Shown here: piece by piece, positions 18,060 through 26,152 of the stretch
Position numbering within the stretch: position 1 is the stretch's first letter
Layout of the letters: each line of letters opens with the position of its first letter
Assembly (NCBI GenBank): GCA_963803435.1
Contig: CAWDML010000009.1
Location: 1,440,001-1,504,000 of the forward strand
Source of the DNA: an uncultured delta proteobacterium
Lineage (GTDB): Bacteria > Myxococcota > Kuafuiibacteriia > Kuafuiibacteriales > Kuafuiibacteriaceae
DNA length: 64,000 nt
Direction of reading: 5' to 3'
Notes under the pieces: generated by a model
Told to the model about the DNA's origin: nothing
Database searches by the model: none
The model's input: the letters and a program-made list of their open reading frames with translations, nothing else
Translations under genes and position numbers: made by a program

Positions 18060-19743
18060 GCTCGCCCTCACCGCGCTCCTCGCGCTCTCGGCCCAGGCCG
18101 AGAAGGCGCCCCCGTCGATCGACGATCTCCGCACCGAGACCCGCGGCCTGCTGCAGTCGATGTGCGGCGACCAGTGCGACGTCATCGACGTCAAGGTCCG
18201 CCAGAAGCGCGTCGCACCGCCGGGGAGCGGCGCGCCCGGCTTCGACGACGCTCCTACCGCCAAGCTGGTACCTTCGGACGTGGAGCTGACGCTCCTGTTC
18301 GATCAGAAGCTCACCAAGCCTTATCGCGACTTCGTCGCCGACCGGGTCAAGCAGCGCGTCTCCGAGCTGGGCCTGCCGGTGTTGATCCAGCAGCAGGTCC
18401 GAAGCTTCCCGGCGCCGCCGCCGCCGCCGATCGAGCCCCCGCCGCCCTATCCGCAGATGCCACCGCCGCCGCCGCCGGTGATCGTGCAGCCCCCGCCGCC
18501 GCCGGTCGCCGCCACGCCGCAGCCCAAGACGGATCTGGCGGAGGCGCTGCTGCTCCGCATGATCGAGGCGCTGCCCTTGCTCCTCCTCTTCGCGCTGCTC
18601 GCCTGGATGGTGATGCGCGTGATGAAGCGGATGGAGACGCTGGCGATGGGGGGCCGGGCGCCCCTCGACGACGAGGAGGTGATCACGCCCGAGGTGATCG
18701 AGGAGTCGCGCCCGCCCGAGACGCGCGGCCTGACAATCCCGCCGCCCCGGGTCGACGAGCTGTCCCACGACCTCGGGCGACACCGCGGCAGCACGCGGCG
18801 CGTCTTCCGCCGGCTCCTGATGGCCGGGGACTACGACTCGGTGGCCCGCTCGGTGGCGCTGCTCGGCGACTTCGTGGTGCAGGACCTCAGCCACGATCCT
18901 CAGGTGCGGCGCGCGCTGGGCGCCGCGGGGCAGCGGACCGCCGAGATCCTCCGGAGCCCGATCACCGAGGAGGAGAAGGAGGAGCTGCTCCGGATCGTGC
19001 ACGCGGAGCTGGTCGCGGATCGCGTCGCCCACCGGAGCGACGACGTGCGCGACGAGCTGGAGGCGCTCCTGTCCTGGGGCCCCGAGGCGTTCGCGGCGAT
19101 GATGGCCCGCCTCGATCCCCGGCTCGGCGTGGTGCTGCTCCGCCACGCGCCCGCCCACCTGACCGAGAGCTACCTGAAGGGCCTCTCGCCGAAGGTTCGG
19201 GCGGTCCGGGTCCGCGAGATGCTGGAGGCGCCCGCCGCCGAGCCCGAGGAGATCGACGTGCTCGGCGAGGTGCTCGACAGCCAGGCCCAGGCCGCGCTGG
19301 TGGGCGGTTATGAGGCAGATCACATCGTCGATCTCCTCGACTCGCTCCCGGCGGACGAGCAGGACGCGCTGGTGACGAACCTGGAGAGCACCAAGCCCGA
19401 GTACGTGCGGCGGAACCTGGGCCAGCTCCCCGTCGAGTCGTCGCTCCTGCGGGTACCCGAATACGCCCTGGGCGCCGCCTGGGTGACGGTGCCCGTGGAG
19501 GACTGGATCGCCTACCTGCGGGTCGCGCCCGAGGCGATCCGGAGCCGCACGCTCGCCGCGTGTCCGGCCCGCCTGCGGGACGGCGTGGAGTCGGAGCTCT
19601 CGCTCCGCGTGGCCGCAGATCCGGACCGGGCGGCCCGAGCCCGCCGCCGGATCATCCAGGCGGCCCTCCAGGCAGGGCCCGCCGGCGTGGTACAAGAGAG
19701 AATCCAGGTCCCGGCGAAGAGCTCGGCTCGTAAGGAAGACTAG
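18046..19743 (+). CDS. Membrane-anchored FliG-like rotor protein; apparent FliF(RBM3 + C-terminal helices)-FliG fusion
   Basis: Signal peptide (AQA), periplasmic ~100-aa domain, poly-Pro linker, TM ~aa172-192, then FliG N/M/C-like helical pattern with GG linker and C-terminal YLRVAPEAIRSRTLAACPARLRDGVESEL..ARRRII. Confidence 0.75.
   Translation: MSTTELALTALLALSAQAEKAPPSIDDLRTETRGLLQSMCGDQCDVIDVKVRQKRVAPPGSGAPGFDDAPTAKLVPSDVELTLLFDQKLTKPYRDFVADRVKQRVSELGLPVLIQQQVRSFPAPPPPPIEPPPPYPQMPPPPPPVIVQPPPPPVAATPQPKTDLAEALLLRMIEALPLLLLFALLAWMVMRVMKRMETLAMGGRAPLDDEEVITPEVIEESRPPETRGLTIPPPRVDELSHDLGRHRGSTRRVFRRLLMAGDYDSVARSVALLGDFVVQDLSHDPQVRRALGAAGQRTAEILRSPITEEEKEELLRIVHAELVADRVAHRSDDVRDELEALLSWGPEAFAAMMARLDPRLGVVLLRHAPAHLTESYLKGLSPKVRAVRVREMLEAPAAEPEEIDVLGEVLDSQAQAALVGGYEADHIVDLLDSLPADEQDALVTNLESTKPEYVRRNLGQLPVESSLLRVPEYALGAAWVTVPVEDWIAYLRVAPEAIRSRTLAACPARLRDGVESELSLRVAADPDRAARARRRIIQAALQAGPAGVVQERIQVPAKSSARKED
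18410..18525 (+). repeat. CCG-rich low-complexity tract encoding poly-proline linker
   Basis: Runs of ccg codons: PAPPPPPIEPPPPYPQMPPPPPPVIVQPPPPPV. Confidence 0.85.
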
Positions 19744-20799
19744 ATGAAGTGGTGGTGGATCGGAGGGCTGTGTCTGCTGGCCGCGGGTTGCGTGATCATC
19801 ATCCAGCCCGGCAGCGACACGCCGACGCCGGTCCCGCTGCCGCTCCAGTGCAGCCCGGGGCTCGGCGACGGCGAGGTCCCCACGGTCCACATCTTCTTCG
19901 CGACGCGGGTGGAGCGGAGCACCGTCAACCTGGCCGACCGCTACGGAGAGGTCATGCAGGACGTCGGGCTGGGGCTGGCCGCCCTCGGCGCCAACGTCGA
20001 GACCGGGGTCCTGATCCGCGAGGACGAGCGCCGGGTGGCGCAGCCGATCCTGGCGGCGTGGGGCTGCGCCCTCGACTCGCCGGAGGCGCTCGCGCCTGCC
20101 GACGTGATCCGCTGGTACGCCACCGAGACCGACCTCGGCGAGGACGTCAACCTGGGTTGCGCGATCGATCCGCTGGTGACCGTGGGCGCCCACCTCGCGG
20201 ACGCCGTCACGCAGTATCCGACCGCGCTCCCCGGGACCTCCGGACGGTCAATCTTCGGGAGCGCGCCCGACCTGGTGCTGGTGGTCCACCTCGACGCCCT
20301 CGCCCGCAAGACCGGCTTCGAGGAGGCCGGCTGCGACACGGCGCGGGCGGCTCTGGAGGAGACCGGTGCGGACGGTCAGGCCGCCTGGCTCGACTACGCC
20401 GGCGGGATCTCGCAGGACAAGATCGTCCACTGGTTCTTCACCACCGAGGAGCAGGTGCCGCGCGACGCTTTCGTCGCCGCCTGCAAGCAGGTCGACGGCT
20501 TCCCGTCCTCGGTGCTCGACACGCTCGAGGAGTCGAAGAAGGCGCTCTACGGCCCGATGGGCAGCGCGGTGAACGACGCCGGCGGTGACGTGGCGCGGCT
20601 CTCCATGTGCCGCATGCTGGTCCAGGGCGAGGAGCGGGCCTTCCTCAAGGCCCAGCTCGCCGGCCTCGCGAAGAAGCTCGGCCTCAACTTCGACGAGCAG
20701 CGGCTCAAGGACGTCCTCAACGGCGGGCTCGGCGCGCTGCTCAACCCCCCCGGCGAGGCCGGAGGGCTTGCGCTCCCCGAGCCCCGATCCGGCGGTTGA
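19744..20799 (+). CDS. Cys-containing lipoprotein, possible degenerate VWA-like fold
   Basis: LAAGC lipobox; starts immediately after previous stop; beta/alpha alternation VHIFFATR..VETGVL..LVLVVHLD. Confidence 0.7.
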   Translation: MKWWWIGGLCLLAAGCVIIIQPGSDTPTPVPLPLQCSPGLGDGEVPTVHIFFATRVERSTVNLADRYGEVMQDVGLGLAALGANVETGVLIREDERRVAQPILAAWGCALDSPEALAPADVIRWYATETDLGEDVNLGCAIDPLVTVGAHLADAVTQYPTALPGTSGRSIFGSAPDLVLVVHLDALARKTGFEEAGCDTARAALEETGADGQAAWLDYAGGISQDKIVHWFFTTEEQVPRDAFVAACKQVDGFPSSVLDTLEESKKALYGPMGSAVNDAGGDVARLSMCRMLVQGEERAFLKAQLAGLAKKLGLNFDEQRLKDVLNGGLGALLNPPGEAGGLALPEPRSGG

Positions 20800-21359
20800 T
20801 GGCGCGGCGGCTCGTCCGTGGGGTCCGCCGGCCGCCCCGGCCCGCGCGCCCTGGCCGCGTCCTCGGGTGGCTCCTGCTCCTCCTGCCCCTGGGCTTCTGG
20901 CTCGGACGCACCACCGCCCCGCGCCCCGAACCCACGCCGGTCGCGTGTCCTCCGGAGCCGCCGGCGGGCGCCACCACCTCCACGAAGGGCCTGTGCCCTT
21001 GCCCCGCGCCGAAGACGCCGGCGAAGAAGCGGATCCGGGTGCTGCCGATCCCGAGGAAGGCGACGCCCCCCGAGATCACGCGCCCGTTCGAGCGGGACCC
21101 GACGGCCGCCACCGCGAAGTACCTTCGGACCCACGCCGCCGACCTCTCCGCGTGCGCGCCCCACACCGGGGCCCGCGTGCGCGTCCACCTCGAGGTCGAG
21201 GTCGCGCCGGGCGGGGCGATCCTGAAGGTGCACATCCTGAACCTCGAGCCGCTGCCGGGCGACCTGGCCTCGTGTGTCAATCGGACCGTGCGGGCGCTCT
21301 CTCCCCCCGGGTTCGACGGCTCCACCTCCGAGGTCTTCGCGCTGACGGTGGTGCTGTGA
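20799..21359 (+). CDS. TonB-like protein: TM, Pro-rich linker, AgmX/PglI-type (TonB_C-like) C-terminal domain
   Basis: Basic N-terminus, WLLLLLPLGFWLG TM, Pro linker, then LSAC..RVHLEVEVAPGGAILKVHI..LASCV..LSPP; TGATG coupling. Confidence 0.75.
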   Translation: MARRLVRGVRRPPRPARPGRVLGWLLLLLPLGFWLGRTTAPRPEPTPVACPPEPPAGATTSTKGLCPCPAPKTPAKKRIRVLPIPRKATPPEITRPFERDPTAATAKYLRTHAADLSACAPHTGARVRVHLEVEVAPGGAILKVHILNLEPLPGDLASCVNRTVRALSPPGFDGSTSEVFALTVVL

Positions 21360-21373
21360 GGTATGCTCGCGCC

Positions 21374-23023
21374 ATGCGGCGGGCCGTTGCGCTCACGCTC
21401 CTCTTCGCCGGCTGCGGTGGGGTCGTGTTCGTCGACCCCGACGCCGCGCTCAAGCGGAAGCTGCAGTTCGGGCTGGTCGAGCGCCTGATCGTCGCCGGTG
21501 ACCCGCGCGCGTACCTCCACGTCCGGATCGAGAGCCGCGACGCGATCGATCGGATCGAGCTGTCGGTGTCGAGCGTGGCCGGCGTGTTCTCGGTGCCGCT
21601 CGATCAGGCGAACGTGCAGCCGTGCGGGCGGGGCGAGACCTGCCTCTCGATCACGCTCGGTCCCGGTCTTCCCGAGGACGCTGACCAGATCGTGCTGAGC
21701 GTCCCCGACATCGGACACGTGGCCACCGGTGCCATCGTCGTTCGCCGGCTGGAGGCGCACGCGGTCTTCGCCGAGGCCAAGGCGCAGAACACGCAGGCCG
21801 CGGTCACCGTCGTGGATCCGATCCGCCGCTTCTACGCGGACACGGAGCTGGTGATCGACGTGGACGCCGACGGCAACGAGACCGTCCGCGGCAACGCGCT
21901 CCTCTTCCCGCGCGCGTTCGAGGTCCGGGCCCACGCGGGCGCGTGCAGCGGAGAGAGCGATCCCTCCGATCCGAGCTGGCAGGCCGTCGAGGGCAGCCCG
22001 TTCGACGCGAACCTGGTGCTGTCGTCGGGCGACGATCCGCTCGGCTGCGCGGAGCTGCGACCGACGCTGCCTCCTCACGGCCCGATGGTCGCCTTCACCA
22101 CCATCACGCCGCGCGCCCAGGTGGTCACGTTCCGCCACACGTACACGCCGCCGGTGGAGAGCTCACCGATGGTCTACGTCCCCTTCTTCGATCTCGAGCT
22201 TCCCAACGCCGAGCGCTGCGCCGAGGCCCAGAACCTGATCCGCTCCGCGGTCGACGAGGCCGCCACCCGGATCGCGCAGCGACAGGATGAGGGCGCGGAG
22301 ATCCTGGGGTTGCCGTCCGTGCAGATCGCCGAGCACGACGGCGTTCCCTGCCGTCAGACCAACAACCGCAGCTTCTCGGCCAGCGCGGTCGCCGACGACA
22401 TCCGCGCGGCGCTGCTCGAGGCCTTCGGTCCCACCCGCCGGGTCCGGGTGCTGCTGGTGTACGTGGCCAACCTGGAGATCGGCCTGTCCCCCACGCTCGA
22501 CTTCGACTTCCAGCAGCTGGTCGACGCCTTCCGAGGACCGGGCAGCGTCTATCAGACCTTCACGCTCGCCATCGCGCCCGAGAGCGCGGCCTCCACGCTC
22601 GAGGCGAACCGGCAGATCGCCTGGATCGCCACGGAGGAGCCGTCCTTCCGCGACACCATCACGAACGTGCTCTCCGAGATCTGGCCGTTCCGCACCTCGA
22701 TCCACACCTCACGGACCGTGGTACCGCTGTTGCCGGCCGATCAGATCGGGCGCTTCCCGTTCTACCGGATCTGCGCGTCGCAAGCGCATCAGGTGCGTGG
22801 AATCGGCACGCCGGCCTCCTCCGTCGACAACGGCGTGCTGATCGTCGGCCCCGACGGGCCCAGCTACCGCGTGCCCGCACTCTCCGCTCAGATCCTCGTG
22901 GAGCGGCAGTCCTTCGTCATCGAGAACGTGGTCGTGGAGTGGCAGGGATGCGAGCGACTGTGCGATCGTCCGGCTCCGGGCGGCGACCCGGCGATCCCGT
23001 GGCTCGACACGCCCGACTGCTGA
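21374..23023 (+). CDS. Large Cys-containing lipoprotein of unknown function
   Basis: MRRAVALTLLFAGC lipobox; beta-rich, paired cysteines. Confidence 0.75.
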   Translation: MRRAVALTLLFAGCGGVVFVDPDAALKRKLQFGLVERLIVAGDPRAYLHVRIESRDAIDRIELSVSSVAGVFSVPLDQANVQPCGRGETCLSITLGPGLPEDADQIVLSVPDIGHVATGAIVVRRLEAHAVFAEAKAQNTQAAVTVVDPIRRFYADTELVIDVDADGNETVRGNALLFPRAFEVRAHAGACSGESDPSDPSWQAVEGSPFDANLVLSSGDDPLGCAELRPTLPPHGPMVAFTTITPRAQVVTFRHTYTPPVESSPMVYVPFFDLELPNAERCAEAQNLIRSAVDEAATRIAQRQDEGAEILGLPSVQIAEHDGVPCRQTNNRSFSASAVADDIRAALLEAFGPTRRVRVLLVYVANLEIGLSPTLDFDFQQLVDAFRGPGSVYQTFTLAIAPESAASTLEANRQIAWIATEEPSFRDTITNVLSEIWPFRTSIHTSRTVVPLLPADQIGRFPFYRICASQAHQVRGIGTPASSVDNGVLIVGPDGPSYRVPALSAQILVERQSFVIENVVVEWQGCERLCDRPAPGGDPAIPWLDTPDC

Positions 23024-23688
23024 TGCGCACCCTGCTCCTCGCTCTGCTGTGCCTCGCGCCGAGCGCCGCGCTCGCGGCCGAGAGCGAGGCCGACCCGGGC
23101 GTCCCCTGGGACATCACGGGCACCAGCACCACGCCGCTCGGCGGTGATGGTGCCACCGGACGCCTGGAGCTCCGCGTCTTCCAGAAGGAAGGGCACGTGA
23201 TCGTGCGGACCGGGTTCACGTATCTGGCGCGCGCCGACTTCTATACCAACCCCGGCGTCAGCCTCGACGTGGCCTGGTACCCCTGGGAGTTTCTCGACTT
23301 CGAGCTCAGCGGCAGCGCCTTCTTCTCTCGGCTCACCGGGACGGCCGAGGCGCTGCGCAAGACCACCGGCCTCCTCCCGGACAGCCAGAAGCCGATCGCC
23401 CGGGCGATGGGCGGCGCCCGCTTCGCGTTCGCCTACGGGAAGCTCTTGATCGAACAGCTCGAGACGGTGGTCCACGCCGACCTGGGCCTCTCGCTCCACC
23501 TGGGCGTGCTCATCACCGACCAGGCCGTGAACTTCGGCGGCGACGTCTCGCTGGGCGTGCAGGTGGTGGCGTTCGAGCGGCTCCTGGTCTGGCTCGAGGG
23601 CGGCTGGCTGGGGAGCTACGAGAACCGGAGCACCACGCGCTTCGCCTCGGGGCTCGAGACCTCGATCGGGATCGGGCTCCTCCTGTGA
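23023..23688 (+). CDS. Myxobacterial outer-membrane beta-barrel (GltA/GltB/GltH-like family)
   Basis: Signal peptide; RVFQKEGH..DFY..FAFAYGKL..VVHAD pattern typical of this OMP family; TGATG coupling. Confidence 0.8.
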   Translation: MRTLLLALLCLAPSAALAAESEADPGVPWDITGTSTTPLGGDGATGRLELRVFQKEGHVIVRTGFTYLARADFYTNPGVSLDVAWYPWEFLDFELSGSAFFSRLTGTAEALRKTTGLLPDSQKPIARAMGGARFAFAYGKLLIEQLETVVHADLGLSLHLGVLITDQAVNFGGDVSLGVQVVAFERLLVWLEGGWLGSYENRSTTRFASGLETSIGIGLLL

Positions 23689-25525
23689 TCACCGGCGGGA
23701 TGCTGGCGCTCCTGGTGGCGGTGCGCCCTTCGACCCCGACCCATCTCCCCTCGCTACGGGCGAGCTTCCTCGCCGGCGATCTCGGTCTCGCTCGAGCGCG
23801 GGCGTGCGATCCTGCGCGACGCCGGCGAGCCCACCGACGCCGGCGCGCTCGGCCTCCTCGGCGACCTCTCCCGCCTGGTGCGCTGCCTCCCGCTCGGCCC
23901 CATCCCGGCGGGCGAGTCGGCGCGCTACCTCGGGCTCCGGAGCCTGGTCCGGCTCGAGCGCGTCCGGCTGGAGGCGCTGTCGCGGGACGCGCTCTACCGG
24001 GGGACGGCGCTCGAGGATCTCCTCATGCGTCCCTCACTGTATCGGACCGCGGTGGCCGACCAGTCGGCCGCCCTGGTCCGCTGGCCCCTCGAGGCGGAGG
24101 TCTGGCCGGGCGAGATCGCCGACCCGCGCCCCGCGCCGCCGGCCTGCCCGAGGACCGCCGGCGAGCGCAAGGAGAGGGATCGGATCCACGAGAAGAACCG
24201 GGAGCTGCGGGCGAAGGCCGAGCGCGAGGCGGTCGCACAGTTGTTGAGGGCGTTGCCGTCCCTGCCCGACGTCGCCGCCGGCCGGATCGCCCTCGCCTAC
24301 CTGGCCGACGCCGACGCCGCCGGCCCGCGCTTCGTCATCCCGGCGGAGTGGGCCGGGACCCTCGAGCAGGCGGTCGCCCGCGCCCGTCCGCCCGAGCGGA
24401 GCGCCGCGCGGATCCTGCTCGCACGTTCGTTTGAAAAGAACGGAGAACGCGATCGCGCGATCGCCGCCTTCAACGAGCTGCTCACGGATCCCCTCCCGCA
24501 CGCCGGACGAGGAGAGCCGGGCCCGCGTCCGGCTGGCGTCGCTCCTCGAGCCCGACTGGGAGGCGGTGCTGGCGGCCGCCGCCGGAGCGGTGCGCCCGCT
24601 CGATCGGGCGGCGCTCGCCAACGCTCAGGCGCGCGCGCTCTTCGCGCTCGGGCGGCGCGAGGCGCTGATGACCTTCGGCCGGCGCTGGCTGCGCGAGCGC
24701 GAGGGGGCGGGGGCCGACGCCTTCGACCTCCGCACCGCCGACCTCCTGCTGCGGCTCGGGCTCCAGCTCCCGCCCGCCCAGGCGATGGCGTGGGTCGGTG
24801 AGATCACGCCCGCCGGCGAGAAGGAGCAGCGCGACGCGCTGGTGACGCTGGCCGAGCTGGCGGTCTCGGAGCGGCACCTCGACCTCGCGGTGGCGATTGA
24901 CGATCGGCTTCGGCTCGAGGCGGCCGCGGCGCGCGGGCGCATCGGACCGGGCTCGGCGAAGCTCCAGGCGCGCTGGCTCCGAGCCCGGGCGATCGTGGAG
25001 TACGAGCGGCACGACGTGGCGGCCTTCGCCGGCTTCGTCGACGACATCCTCTCGCTGGCGAAGGTCGAGGAGGACCGCCCGCTGGCCCGCTGGGCGCCGC
25101 ACCGCGAGGTTGCGGAGCTCTGCCAGGAGCTGATGGGCCGCCTCACCAACGACGCCCCGACGGATCCGGAGCGAAAGAAGTTCGCCGGGCTGCTCCTCGA
25201 GACCGTCTCCGGGCTCGCCAAGAAGCAAGGTCGCTACCGCGACGCTCTCACCCGCTACCTGGCGCCGCTGACCATCCTGGCCGGCGAGTACGCGGAGGGC
25301 CGAAACGCGGCGGCGCGCCGCACCAACGCCACCCGGCACGTCCGCCAGCTGGGCGAGGTGGTGATCCCGCGCCTCCCGCCTTGGGTGGACCCGCCCGACC
25401 ACCCCACGCCGGTGCCCCCGATTGACAGCTTCCTCGTGTACGAGCGCCCGGACGGCGCGCTTCAGGCCGGCGCCCCCTGGGCCGCGCTCTTCGAGGCACG
25501 CCGGCGCGCCGAGCAGAGGCCGTGA
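23685..25525 (+). CDS. Secreted helical-repeat (TPR-like) protein, split by about two frameshifts (near 23805 and 24495)
   Basis: Three successive ORF segments in +1-shifted frames with coherent helical sequence (ARILLARSFEKNGERDRAIAAFNELL; EESRARVRLASLL); GTGA overlaps at both ends. Confidence 0.6.
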
Positions 25526-26143
25526 AGACCCACCGCCGCCTCGGTGTCCGGCCCCGCTGCATCGCGTGCCGCATGCGCGCCGATCTCTGCCTCTGCGGCG
25601 AGATCGAGCCGCTCCCCGATTTGGAGCTCCGGGTGGTCGTCGTCATGCACGCGAAGGAGGCGAACCGTCCCACCAACACCGGCTTCCTGACGCGCGCGCT
25701 GCTCCCGGCGACCGAGATCCGCATCCGCGGACTCCCGGGCGACCGCATCGATTCTCTCGGACCTGGCGGGCGCCGCGGTGCTCTTCCCGCTCGACGATGC
25801 CGAGACGATCGAGCCGTCGACCGATCTGTCGACCCGCCTGATCGTCCCCGACGGGAGCTGGCATCAGGCCCGCAAGGTGGTCCGGCGCGAGCTGACCGGC
25901 TTTCGCACGCTGAAGCTTCCGGCGGGCCCGCCCGGAGAGCTTCGCATCCGCCACCACGTGGATCCGGCCGGCGTCAGTACCCTCGAGGCGATCGCCCGGG
26001 TCCTCGCGATCACCGGTCGTGGTGAGGCCGCCGCCGCGCTCATGCGGGTGTTCCGGATGATGGTGGCCCGCACGCTCTGGATCCGCGGCGACATCCCGGC
26101 GGATCAGGTGTACGGCGGCCTGCCGGAGGGCGCCGAGCCGTGA
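25522..26143 (+). CDS. DTW-domain tRNA-uridine aminocarboxypropyltransferase (TapT-like), frameshift near 25770
   Basis: RCxxC..LCLC zinc motif, HxKE..TNTG, LFP, DGSW (DxTW motif), STLEA. Confidence 0.85.
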
Positions 26144-26152
26144 GCCGCGCGC

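Noticed and set aside
14175-25525. Ordinary flagellar operon or remnant
   Set aside because: No recognisable flagellar export, rod, ring, hook, filament or switch genes. The FliG-like protein is membrane-anchored, and motA, motB and the rotor ORF are intact. Flagellar genes elsewhere in the genome cannot be excluded from this window
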